A stretch of DNA of 64,000 bases from Trichoplax sp. H2 (Eukaryota), in NCBI GenBank assembly GCA_003344405.1, contig NOWV01000029.1, positions 186,001-250,000 of the forward strand, given 5' to 3'. How positions within the stretch are numbered: the stretch's first letter is position 1; each line of letters opens with the position of its first letter. This document shows positions 27,080 through 40,000 of the stretch, one piece after another. The translations under genes were made by a program, and so were the position numbers. The notes beneath the pieces were generated by a model, which had not been told where the DNA came from, searched no databases, and was given only the letters and a program-made list of their open reading frames with translations.

Positions 27080-28887
27080 AATCCAATCATTTTTTTACAA
27101 CTGCAGTTTACAGGCATGATGTTCTCATGACTTGAGGCCTGTTCTAATTATATTAAGAAATCCTGGGTAACTTGACTAATAACGGGTATACTTTTATCGC
27201 TCATTCTGGTGTAGGCGTCTAAAATAAGTGTCGGTTTATCATGGTTCAAGAGGATCATGATCGTGATTGTAGGTGAGCAGTCGTAAGCAAGCTATTAATC
27301 CTATCTCGTACTAACTCCACTAAAGGAGTCATCATGCGATCATAAATTGGTAGCATGCTTACGTGAAGATCAAGAGTTGTTATCTATGCTATATCTACAG
27401 TATGTCTTTATGTACATACTGTACTGTACAGTGGATATATCGGGGCTTTACTTTTGTCATTCTCCAAGTTGATTTCTTGAACCATCAACTACAATACTGT
27501 TTTGTACAGTGTCGTATTTTCGCCTCCTCGCTGGCGATAAACAATCCAATTACTCCTCCTTCTTTTATCATGCATATGAGTTGTTGACAAAATTAGCCAT
27601 ATTGTACTGTATTTGCATGACTATAGGTTTAACCTGGCTTTAACTATGTTATTCACCGACTACAGCAACATACTGTACGGTGGAATTTCATTTCAATCTT
27701 TCCCACCCGATAAGTAATAAATAAATAACTAACATAATTCTATCATAAATAGTAAATAGTGCAGCACTGTCAATAATTAAATTACAAAACTGTACAGTAC
27801 AATTCAGTATCGACGCATACTACGGATTGACGACCCAATTTGACAACTCGTGAAGACCTTGGTACATGCGTACTGGCGGCAAAATGTCCATAGTACTGTA
27901 CACTGTACACTGTACACTGTACAAACCACCCAGCCAATAACACCGTTACCCTCCATATATCACATGCCACCCATTTAAGCCAGGGCAACATCATACGGCC
28001 ATTGAAAAAAAACTCATTGGCGTCTTGGACAGTGAAAGTTGCATTAGCCAGCATAGGACTAGGCAAAGAAAAACGTGAATCTTAACCTATATCTGTTATG
28101 ATAGTATTCAGCTTATTAACAAAGTCAAGGTATGTAATAAAAGTCAGTAATGTAACAGTTTATTGAATTTCTTTGGAGGACTTGCAAATGTGTGATGACT
28201 GGCAAAAAGTGGATGTTTATCGTTATGCGCTAGGCAAATTGTCAGTGGGGTCCACCGTTAAAGTACACAATATTGAGTCACGTTAGCAATTGATAGGATA
28301 CTGATATATAAAATTGACTTATCCAATATACTTAGACTGTACTCAGTACATAAAATGAACATGATAAATGGTAAAAATGGAATTAAAATGAGTTTGGACA
28401 TTTTGAAGTTCAATCTTCAATCTTGAGTTTAAGGTAAAGAACAAAAACAGACCCCAGTGGTACTGCTGATACACTCGTTCTGTACTGTACTGTACTTTAA
28501 AAAAGCGCAATGAACTTCGGTGACACTAAGGAAAATAAACTGTATAGGCTAAATCAAGTCCTGCCTATCCAGATCGATTTTGAACACGAGTGTTGACAAA
28601 TTGTAACTTTCAATTTTTCACGCCATCTTGCCATCCAAGTTAATCGCGCTGTCCACTACGTTGTACGTAGTCGACAAACTTTCTATACTGTAACTTGATT
28701 GAAGAATAATCATCATACTACACCACAATAGCAGTCAACGTAAATCGGTCTTTCACTACTATTGTGCATATTTTCGGTAATTGTCTGTTGTCCTTCTCGG
28801 TACTGGAAACAGTCTTATGCTTACCGTTTATTCCATTTCATATACTGTACAATTTCATTCATACTCGTGATTGAATAACAAAATTAT

Positions 28888-28900
28888 TGGACTTTGTACT
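28888..28900 (-). promoter_or_regulatory. HNF4-type site AGTACAAAGTCCA
   Basis: TGGACTTTGTACT on the + strand contains the CAAAGTCCA HNF4-preferred core; ~1.25 kb upstream of the CPT1 copy 2 ATG. Confidence 0.4.
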
Positions 28901-29354
28901 TCTTCCATTTTCCATATTGTTATCCGCTGCTGTGTAATTTTGTGATTGTCTACACAGTACAGTACTGTCCCACTACTTTCCATGCCGTAGGACACCTACT
29001 GTGATACTATGTGCAATTCCGTAAAGGCGGAGAGTGGGTGTTTACTGGTTGGAAAAAAAAGGAGTTGCCCACGTTTAACTTAATAGTACTGTAAAAGACT
29101 CCTACAGAAGAATAATATACAGTATCATCGTCTAAGCTGTTGACACTGAGTACTGTATCTGAGTAAGTTATTATGAACGGGCCTACTCCCACATGCATCG
29201 GACGTCCTACGCATCATTGGTATTATATTGTTGTATATTTGTTTTGCGCGATAACGGCCAACTACAGCACTGTAAACATTGGACCAATTCAGGTGACAAG
29301 CCTAATCCTGATTCCCAATGACTCCAGTTCACAACTATCGTCAATTCTGTAGTG

Positions 29355-29670
29355 TAGGAGACGATCTTGATAGATAAATACTACTGTACAGTCGTACTCT
29401 TCATCCATTATAATTATTCAACAGAAATTATTTCAATGAACTAAGACTTCAAGGGGTCCGACCGAATTCTATATACAAATGGTAGGATAATAATAGAATA
29501 GAAGAGCGAGCAGAAGACGGTCTTGATAAATACTACAGTCGTACTATATTACTATTAAATAGAGACTACTTTAAAGGGTCCTCCTGTAGAATAATCGGAG
29601 AAAAGGTAGGAGATAAAAATACTGCTGTAATCATCATTAAACAGAGACTATTTCAATCAACTAAAACTTG
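29355..29670. repeat. Degenerate local duplication upstream of CPT1 copy 2
   Basis: agacg.tcttgata(gata)aatacta(ctgta)cagtcgtact at ~29360 and ~29515; acaga.a.tatttcaat.aactaa.actt at ~29421 and ~29641. Confidence 0.7.
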
Positions 29671-30152
29671 CCTCATGTTGGTAATGCCCTAAATTCGATA
29701 GAATAATCCAACAGCTAGTAACAGAGTCAAACAACATCATATAGTCAATGCAGTAACTACAAATATACCTAATTGTCAAAATAATCGCAAGATTAGCATA
29801 CGCCGTAGCATGCGAACTAATGGAATGTTTCTCTTTCATAAATTAGCTAGAGAGAAATAAGGAAAAGAAATCAACACTAATCTTGAATAGTAGTAAAGAA
29901 TCAGAAACACCCAACGTGGTTAAGGTTAACAAAGGAAATCGTAGCTTATCTTCTTCGTATACTGTACAGTATAGGACACTGAATTTCGCACAAGCGCTGG
30001 TTCGTCAATTGGCTTATTCAGAAATTTACACGGCTTCTTAACTTAATTTATATTCCAGGCTCCTTTGCTGTACAGTATACGTCTATATCCCCCTTAAAAA
30101 GAAAATTAAATTCGCTACTTGAGTATTGTTTCCATTTCTGAATTTATCGAAG

Positions 30153-32456
30153 ATGGCTGAAGCTAGACAAGCTGTAGCTTTTCAATTTGCAGTTACCGAT
30201 GAAGGTGTGGTCGTCGACTTTAACAAAGCCGCAATTTCCAACGTTGTATCCGTAATTCGCCACTCTGTACGGTTACGATTACATCGTCTGTATAACACCT
30301 TGTTAAAGAATATTTTTCCAAACACTACCCAATCATATATTCTAATAGTTATAACGCTATTATTGGCGCGTTATCTAGAAGCTGGTCCTTCTGTCATACT
30401 ATGGAATATTGGCACTGAACTTAATAGTATTAATCATAATATTACTGGTTTACTTTATGTTGGTTTATTGTCTATAATTATATGGTTGACATTAGCCTAT
30501 ATCGAACGTTACACATTGAAGCTATTGCTAATGTACAAAGGGTGGATGTGGGATGCTCCTAAGAAGACCTCGTGGAAAACGAAAATATGGTATACGCTGA
30601 TGAAGCTTTTATGCGCTCGTAAACATTTACGTCTTTACAGCTATCAGGCCTCCATACCAAAGCTATCGGTACCGTCACTGCAATCTATCTGCAACAAATA
30701 CTTGAGTTCGGTTAAGCCCCTGATGAATGATAAAGAATACTCTGAAATGGAGCGGTTGGTAGATCAATTCCGTAATGGAATTGGTAAAAGATTACATCGC
30801 TATACTGTATTATATTCTTGGTGGGCGACCAACTATGTTAGTGACTGGTGGGAGAAATATGTTTACCTGAAATGTCGCGGCTCTTTGATGATCAACAGCA
30901 ATTACTATGCTGTTGATTCGGCGGTTTCTGTGCCAGTAACTTCTATTCAAGCTGCTAGAGCTGCTAGTGTTGCTCACAGCCTTCTTTTATTTCGGCAATA
31001 TGTAGATGACGAAACTTTGGAACCTCTCGTACTCCGTGATATTATTCCAACATGTTCTAAACAGTATTCAAGAATGTGGAATACTACGCGGATTCCTGGA
31101 CGCACGTGTGACTACATTGCACATTTTGATTCATCCGTCTCTAGGCACATTGCTGTATACCATCGTGGGCGCTTTTTTAAGGTTAATGTTTATGATGGCG
31201 ATAAGCTTCTAAGCCCTACTGAGTTAGAACAGCAGTTTCAAACGATTGTAGACGATTCAAGTGAGCCTCAACCTGGCGAACTCCATTTGCCAGCACTAAC
31301 AGCTCAAGAGCGCTATTATTGGGCAGTAGCACGAAGATCTTACTTTGCTGCTGGCGTTAACAAACAATCGTTGGATACTATCGAAAAATCTGCTTTTGTT
31401 GTCATTCTGGACGATACCTCACAGCATTACAGCGATTCGGATCCTTCCTTATTGAATTCCCTATGTAAGTCAGCACTGCATGGAAACGGAAACAATAGAT
31501 GGTTTGATAAATCAGTCAACTTGATCATTTACGCCAATGGCAGGATGGCCGGCAACTTTGAACATTCTATAGCAGATGCGCCTGTTTTTGGCCATCCCTA
31601 CGAGTTTGCAATGATTAATGATTCTATCATTCCAGGACGATATGATAGTGATGGGCATTGCTCTGGTAAAATCGTCAACAAGATAACTCCACCGAAACGG
31701 TTACAATGGAATCTTTCCGACGATTGTATTGAAAAAATCAATGAATCATATGTGTTAGGTTGCAAAATGATTGATGATCTTGATTTATATGTCTTAAATT
31801 TTCAAGAATATGGAAAAGACTTCATGAAAAAATGTCGTGTCAGTCCTGATGCTTATTTACAGATGGCTATGCAACTGACATATTACAAGTGTAGCAATCG
31901 ATTTTGCTTGACGTATGAATCTTCTATGACACGATTATTCCGAGAAGGTCGCACAGAAACCGTACGCACTGTTACCGACTTATCATGCAAATTTGTGCTT
32001 GCAATGCTGGATAAAACTAAAACAAATAAAGAACGTCTAGAATTACTTCGTCAGGCCGGCAGCCTCCATCAAAAGACGTACAGACAAGCAATGTGTGGTC
32101 AAGGCATTGATCGTCCTCTTTTCTGCATGTACGTGATATCCCAGTACCTTAAAGTCGACTCACCATTCCTGAAGAAAGTTTTAAGCGAGCCTTGGCAACT
32201 ATCAACTAGTCAAACACCCCATCAGCAAACAAAGTACGCTGGCGACAAGTATGATGCAAAGATAGTATCAGCAGGTGGCGGTTTCGGACCAGTTGCTGAT
32301 GATGGTTATGGTGTTTCTTACATTGTCACTGGTGAAAGCTGTTTAATGATCCATATAACTGCCAAAAATTCTTGTCCTACAACCAGTGCGAAGATGTTTG
32401 CGGACACTTTGCAAGAATCTTTGATACAGATGAGAGATTTTTTTTCTGCAGCTTGA
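30153..32456 (+). CDS. CPT1: Carnitine O-palmitoyltransferase 1 (copy 2), 767 aa, intronless CDS
   Basis: Likely start is the ATG at 30153 (MAEARQAVAFQF); the ORF track starts at an upstream TTG. Same motif set as copy 1: NYVSDWWEKYVYL, NRWFDKS, EHSIADAP, TYESSMTRLFREGRTETVR, LSTSQTP, GGGFGPVADDGYGVSY. Confidence 0.97.
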   Translation: MAEARQAVAFQFAVTDEGVVVDFNKAAISNVVSVIRHSVRLRLHRLYNTLLKNIFPNTTQSYILIVITLLLARYLEAGPSVILWNIGTELNSINHNITGLLYVGLLSIIIWLTLAYIERYTLKLLLMYKGWMWDAPKKTSWKTKIWYTLMKLLCARKHLRLYSYQASIPKLSVPSLQSICNKYLSSVKPLMNDKEYSEMERLVDQFRNGIGKRLHRYTVLYSWWATNYVSDWWEKYVYLKCRGSLMINSNYYAVDSAVSVPVTSIQAARAASVAHSLLLFRQYVDDETLEPLVLRDIIPTCSKQYSRMWNTTRIPGRTCDYIAHFDSSVSRHIAVYHRGRFFKVNVYDGDKLLSPTELEQQFQTIVDDSSEPQPGELHLPALTAQERYYWAVARRSYFAAGVNKQSLDTIEKSAFVVILDDTSQHYSDSDPSLLNSLCKSALHGNGNNRWFDKSVNLIIYANGRMAGNFEHSIADAPVFGHPYEFAMINDSIIPGRYDSDGHCSGKIVNKITPPKRLQWNLSDDCIEKINESYVLGCKMIDDLDLYVLNFQEYGKDFMKKCRVSPDAYLQMAMQLTYYKCSNRFCLTYESSMTRLFREGRTETVRTVTDLSCKFVLAMLDKTKTNKERLELLRQAGSLHQKTYRQAMCGQGIDRPLFCMYVISQYLKVDSPFLKKVLSEPWQLSTSQTPHQQTKYAGDKYDAKIVSAGGGFGPVADDGYGVSYIVTGESCLMIHITAKNSCPTTSAKMFADTLQESLIQMRDFFSAA

Positions 32457-33644
32457 AAATACCGTAACCATCGTTAATAGGATCATAAATTTATCGTACT
32501 ATGCCTTCCCTTACTTCACATTAATTTGTAAAATGCAATGCAGTTATATCTATGGAAATTCTTTGATAATGATAATGGCACATTATTACATGTAACAACC
32601 CACTATCATTTTCAATAGTAATCGATTTCATGTTAAACATTGCACTTAATCCATACTGTAGAATCCATAGTTATTAATAGGCTGTCATGTTGATTGTGAT
32701 GCAAATTATTTTAAATTTTACGTACACCGTACGTGGATACATATTGTTGCTATAGTAAAGAGCTAATCATGTCTAAATTACAGTATATACTGTACAGTAT
32801 TCGCTGCTTCGAATATTGGTAATCATGAACAATATAGCATTCAGTACATCAGTACGTTCAATAGAATACGAATATCGTACCAATTTTATTCCATGATACT
32901 GCTTTGCAATATCTTCGCTAGAATTCAGCTAGTCTGATAACTTTTGATTGTCATTTCATATTTTCGCATTTCAACGAATAAATAAATATGCGAGTGACAG
33001 ATATCCATTTTTTGAAGTGTTACTTTTTGGGTATTGGTTGTTTATGTAACAGGTCACGCGATACGTTCCTGAATTTACCATTTTGTAGCTATTCAACTGT
33101 AACGGTAACTCTAATTTCAGCGTTTAATTGCTTAGTGCTTCACTCAACTCTACCGTTAACTATGCAATTAATTACTCCAAATCAACACAAAAATGTTCTG
33201 CATTTAACATCAGGAGATGCTCCACAATTTAAGTAAAATATAAAGGGCGAATAAGCTGTTTGCTCATTAAAGATAGCGAGAAGGATTTGCACAAAATTGT
33301 CGAGCAGATACTCGTACATATTTTACATTATTTATTACCACATTTTATAATTTACAAATAGAAATAATATAATTTACTGGGTAATTTGATAGCTACGATA
33401 CCGCATTTATACACGGGATAAAAACTTCTAAGCAACTATTACGAACACAAAACGCTTACGTACGACAATACAGTCATAGAAAAAGTGTAAAATTTCGCTT
33501 GCAAACAATCTGTATGAATGAAAGCGTCTACTGAATCTGCAATACATTAATAAATGTTACATTATCTTACCTAAATCATTTTGTAACAAGAGTAAGATCA
33601 TATAAGAGTATTTTGCATTTAAATTATAGTGTATTTATACACCT

Positions 33645-33648
<4 letters not shown>

Positions 33649-33683
<35 letters not shown>
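33649..33683. repeat. (AT)n microsatellite downstream of the CNOT1 stop
   Basis: Uninterrupted atatat... run of about 35 bp. Confidence 0.95.
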
Positions 33684-33688
<5 letters not shown>

Positions 33689-34005
33689 ATGAAAACGAAA
33701 GTACAGCATAAGAATAAGGTAGACTATTATATAAGATGTCCCGCTGTTATCAAAAGCACTTTGCAAAATTATATAGATCTGAGTTGATATTAATATATAC
33801 TGCTAACAGATAAATACAGTGATTAACAACAGCTAAATTAGAGATAAACCACATCAAGAAAAGTTACCATCAATACAGAGTATCAACTGAGTCGTTTTTG
33901 TACAAGTTTACCAAAGCTGGCCAACTAAACCTTAATATAAATGAAACATTAACGTTATCACAGATTTCAAATTTTATTGAAGTATCAATTAGAATAACTA
34001 TTACG

Positions 34006-37000
34006 TTATTCTTGAACTTCGCCAGCTTCTTTAGATACCGAAATCGGTCTAGCTTGCTGGATCTGTGGCGCTTGTTTTGATTGCATACAGCTTCGAGCTA
34101 CAGATTCGAATAGCCTATAAAAGATATTGTCATTTTCGGTCACTTTCTGAAGGCCAAACAACAACAAACTGCACCTATGTTAGCACTATTCATAAAATCA
34201 ATTCATACAATACATACTTTTCTATTTCTGGGGCACAATGTACAAAGCTATGAGACCAAAATTTATAAATTGGATTTTTAATCAATTCAATAAATGTTAT
34301 CAATAGCCCCCAAGGATGTGGTCTATTCACTATAAGTCGTTCCAGCAATACCCTGCAATTTTTACAGTAATGGTTACCGCAATGATCACAATAATCAAAT
34401 ATAAGTCAATTAACCAACCTAGTAATTTGCTCTTGAATAGCTTCAGAATTTGCTTCCATAAATAAGTACAGTAGAGTACAACTAAAGTAATGCGTATGGC
34501 TATTCGGATAACGAAGCTGATTGCAAATCGCATTTATAAACAAATATCGACCTACGCGTCAAAGGAAACATTGTAAGTATTATACAGTCTTAGATTAATA
34601 ATACCTTATATGAAAAACAGAATTAAAATAACCTTCGTTATCTAGAACGGCAAGATTCTGAAAAATATCCATGTGAGCAGAATGAGTAATGGTCGATAAA
34701 GAAATAGATAAATTTTTGTTTCGAATAAATTGAATTGCTTGAGTTCCAACATATAGCACCAGAGCGTTTATCAAAGGCATATTATAACGCGTTCCTGGCT
34801 CAGAAGGCATCTACAAAAGTTGATAGTGACAATACCACATAAATGACTACGTACAGCAGGATAACGAACAGTGACAAACTTTACAGTGCTAGTTAGTACC
34901 TGAACTGCACTTCTCATTTCAGACAAGAAAGTCACTGGTTGACGATTTTTCAAGTAAGAATCTAAATCCTATAAATAAGTGAAAGACATCATAAGATCAC
35001 AAGCAATGTTGTTAATCAACGTGATATTCCGTTATTGCTCCTACTTTTCTAAATGTCTGCGGTTGAATGGCAGCAGTGAAGTTGTTCAGTACGCGAGGAG
35101 CGTGATTTATTTCTGGCAACATGTCAACCTGAATGTTCAAAATATTAAAATTTTGGATAAACAGAAAATAAGTGCAAATCAAATTAAACTATGCTATTGA
35201 ATAAATTCACTCAAACCTTCAGATTTGGGCCAAACGGATCAGGCAATCGCATGCTTCGCGGATATGCACTTAATATTAAATTTTTCAATTGAATACAATT
35301 TGGAGGGATCACATCGCAAAATGCAAAATGGCATTCACATAAGAATTCAGGAAAATCATGTAACAGTACAAGTAAAACCCGCAAGGTTCCCTATCATAAC
35401 GCGAACAAAATAACATTCGATGGTAAACATGCGTTAGTTTCAATGCTTAAAGTTACACTAAGGGCGTTAATAAATACCTTATAAAGAAGTTGAGTCTGTT
35501 TCGCTAGTTCGGCATTGCGTAGAAATGGAGCTAGGAATTTGAATAAGTCAAGTAGCAACTGCTGAAAATGTGCCCATCCCTACACCGGTAAAATTATCAG
35601 CATTAAAACAGAGCAAATTATATTAACGATATAATAACGTTAACACTATACACTAAACTATATAACGATACCTTCTGCTGGGAAGTGCCTAGTAATCGAG
35701 ATATCATTATTCTGTGAGATACTAATTCTAACCAAGAATAAGAGAAACCTGGCACCCTATGCGGTCGGAGTGCATGCAACATATTGCTATAATAAACAAT
35801 CATAAAAGCATAAATGGTAATGAATAGTCCGAAAGGCTTATTTTGAACGTTAAAAGGCAACAAATCGATTACCAAAGTGCAGAAAGAATTGCGGAATTTA
35901 AATTTTCTAAAACTTGATCAACCCCGTTAAGTTCCTCAAGCAACATCACCAAAATACGATGATACGGCAGTTGATGAAAATCAGCATGACGCATGTCATG
36001 ATCTTGCATCAAGACTCCCGCAATGAGTCCAAGTATCTAGTATTAAACATATTAATGACACAGATGATTCAAGGGTGTGAACAAGTACAAATATACAAAT
36101 ACACGCAGTACTCAAGCCAAACCTTGTTGAGCATACTAATTTTGCTATTGCTAGGTTCGCCAGCATGTTTTACGATTAGGACTACCAATCGGCCAAACGC
36201 ATCTAAAGTTTGAAACAACTTGATTCGAGAATGCGCATTCTGTGTCTTTAAGAAAGAATCGTTCCTCAATTAAGCTATTATGTTAGAAGATATCAATAGT
36301 ACGTACAATAAATATACTAACCACGTCGTGAAGATTTCTATAAGTCAACTCTACGCAAATTTCCACACTCACACGGATAAATCTTAGTAGCATCTCATCA
36401 TTTTTGAGCATACCATGTTGATGTAGCTATCGCAAATATATTTAATAGCAAATCAAGAGAAGTCATTAAAATCTTACATGTCAGATAACTAAGCAAAATA
36501 CCTGGTTAGCAAAAACTGCAAACGCCCTCTCGCTATCTCTTCCAGATACTGGTTGAAGGTATAACCTGACCCATTCACGTAACAAAAATTCAGTCTTTTC
36601 AAATAGAGCTGCTTGATCACTATCTCCAGGATTTCTTCGTACGATAGAACTTACAGCAGGAAGACTGCTTGGAGTTTCATGGCTAGGATTAGATCGTACT
36701 GGCGTATCTTCTTCCCTACTTTGTCTGTTAGGTTGCGCAATACGATTTAATGTCTCTAAAGTTCGATAAAAGTCTGACTCTTTGATGTTATCTTGTGGGT
36801 CATTTAAAAATTTGCCAATTAATTGCAACGCAAAACTTGCAACAGTATAGTTACTGCTATTATTTATAGACTGCGCCAAGTACGAATCAAAATCTTTCAT
36901 AACAACCAATCGACTACGGATCAAGATCTCTACTGCTTCAACATTCCAACGATATTCTTCTCGGCATTCGCAAATAAATCTAGTTATACATTTTGCTGTC

Positions 37001-40000
37001 CAAGCCGGACCACAAGCTTTTGGATCTTGTAACGCTTTTAACAGCATCACATGACCAGCCCTAAATCGCATATTTAGTTCAGATTCTGAAGCCACCAGAA
37101 GTTCCATAAGATTTTCTACACACTATTAAAAATATAAGTTTCACAAAATTAAAAATATTATGAGATAAAGCTTGAAATACAGAAAAGAGTTACCTTAGTG
37201 ATTAATGATGTAAGTTCTGTTCCATTTTGATTCATTCTTATTTGTACTACAGCATCAAGTAATGAACGCAATGCAAGAACTTGAGGTTTCGGACTAGTAT
37301 TCTTGAGTGCAATAAGATGGTGTTGTAATTCAGATCCGCACTCGTCCAGGATAATATTTAATTCGTCGGTTGGATTTGATGGCTAAAGGAGAAAGTAGTT
37401 AAACTTTTATAGCAGATAGATCATAAATGTTAGTATATCTCAATCAGCTAGAATCCCTTTATTTCCTTACTTGTGATAAAGCTGTCAGCTCAGGAAATCC
37501 TTGAGAAATAGCAATTGTAGAATCGGTTATTGGAGCAAAACCAGGAACATTTTTAGCAAAATCGTCATAGATAGTCTGCTTTTGTGATCCCGGGCCACCG
37601 ACCTAAGTTTTTAGTTCAAGAACAAGAATTATTAGATCCAACCCAAAGTAAAAGTATTCTACTACAATGTACATATATTACTTTCAATCGGATTGCTTCA
37701 GGCATTCGTTCCGCCTGGTATTGTAAAACAGCATGATCGTAATAACGTCGACCTTCACCGCGTGCATGCTTTCTTATTTCGAATTCCTAAAGTTAGTTGT
37801 TATAAAATAACAATTAACTAAATGATTTGGACAAGTTTGTGTTATTCATAAACTTACCGCAGCTAATGCTTTATTAATTTCTAAGAGAGCTTTGTCAACC
37901 GCAGACTTTTGTACGAAAGCACACGCATGTTCGGTATTTTCATTAGCAATTATCGTTGCAGCCTCTTCTATTATATCTTTCATGTTTGAAGTATTCTACA
38001 AAATTTTTGAAGAAAAATAGATCAATTCTAACGATAATGATCGCATTCATTGTGTGGCGATCAGAACCTACTCTTAAGTTAGACATAAAAGCAGATTTTA
38101 GATTGTTAGAAATGGCCATATGCAGCGCTTCACGACAGGTAATCAATGCCATGCCAGCAGTGAAGTAGCGTAACATATTATGAGACCCTGTTTTAAGATG
38201 GGTTTCGTCAGGGTCTAAGGCAAAATCCTATAGTAACGAAATAGCCACATTAATATATAACGGTAAAATAACTAGAACACGTTGAATTAAAAAAATAAAG
38301 ATAAACTTTTACCTTCTTTATTAGTTTTTCTACGGTATTTATTACAATTTTGATAGAGCGCTCAGCAACAGGAAGGAGTAATTCTTGAACTGCACGTTCT
38401 ATAGCGACTTTTACATAGCTTTTTAAATGCGGATTTTGTTGAAATAGGCGCAACTAATAATATACCGTTTAACAGTAATGTTATTACTCTAAATTTTTTG
38501 TATTAGTCTTTTTACTACTACAAGATATAATATTCATAACATGTAAATTATCAGTACCTGATTATTTATGACTATACCAGATGATAATCCGGCAACTGTC
38601 GCACTTAATTTGTTATAATTGATCGAAGGCGGGGGATGAGTTCCTTCATTCGGAATCACATGTTGAATTTGTTGCTGACCGCCTATAAAATCCACCACGT
38701 TATTAAGTAATTGCAATATATAAGTTACTTCACCACTGAAAAATACAAATTTACCATTCTTGGGTCCTTTCATTGGATTATCAAGCTGATGACGTTTTAG
38801 TCTATTCAATCTCTCTGGATCTTGCAATACGTCAAATTTCGGTATATCCTATGACAGTTCAAATTTTGTGTTCTCAAAATTAAGATAGCGTATAATTGTA
38901 ATATAAAAACTCGGCTACCCTCAGACATTTATTTCATAAATGCTTTACTAACCTCAATGGCAATATTTAAATTCTTACACAATATTTCCACTTCGAATTT
39001 AATATTTAGCTACATGTAGCCAAGAAGATAAAAATTACATTACGATCGTATGTCAGGTGAAGTTAAATTTAAATCGTATATAAATATCATTTATTACGTA
39101 AAGATACGCTAATAATTATTGACTTACCTTTAGATTTGGTACTTGATGAATTTCAACTAATACACCCAAAATAGCCATTATCCAGGGACAAGGGGGTTTA
39201 AATACCTGATGTCAACGTACGCACGAAAAATTTACACAATATTCAAACACAAATATAAAAGAAACTATAACAAACATTCTCGAGGATTTCACTAATTGTT
39301 GTGTTTTCTTACCCTACTTTGATTTACGCTATCGAGTACTTTAGTAACGAACGGAATAACAAATAGCATCTCCTATAAATGATAAAATAGTAGCCATTTA
39401 GATTAAACTACAATGACACTACCGTGACTGTATATGCTATCTATCACAAAATATTTTAGTCACCTGTTCACCCTTAAAGTAAGCCTCAATCAAAAGAGAT
39501 TTGATATCCATTTCCTAGCAGCAAAACATTAAATTTAGTTAAAGTATAAACGCCATTAAAATTACAAGTTAAAAACATACATACTTTATACAAGATTGGT
39601 TTATTACGTGCCAACGTTAAAATCCCAAGCCAATGGCCCAAATTTTTCAATATCACACGATCAGAATATTCATTTGAATTCTTTTCCATTTTTAGCAAAA
39701 CCTTTAAATAAAATAAATTGTACCTAACTATTAAAATTTGTTGAAAATTAAAGAAAAACATTCTTATTATTAAAGAATATATTTTACCTTAATATTTCTA
39801 TAGGTCTCATGCAATACATCTTGATACAACTCTTTCGAATTATACGCTTCAACGACTGACGAGTAAAGAGTATGAAAATTATGTTCAATACTGACTCGCC
39901 TCATAACTAAATAACGACTAAACCATAGTCTGTATTTAGCCCCAACCAATCCTTTTAGTTCTTCGCACTATTCAGAATGTAAAGATTTAAAATAGTATTT

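Noticed and set aside
30126..30152. N-terminal extension of CPT1 copy 2 in the ORF track
   Set aside because: It starts at TTG. The conserved MAEA start, matching copy 1, is at 30153.
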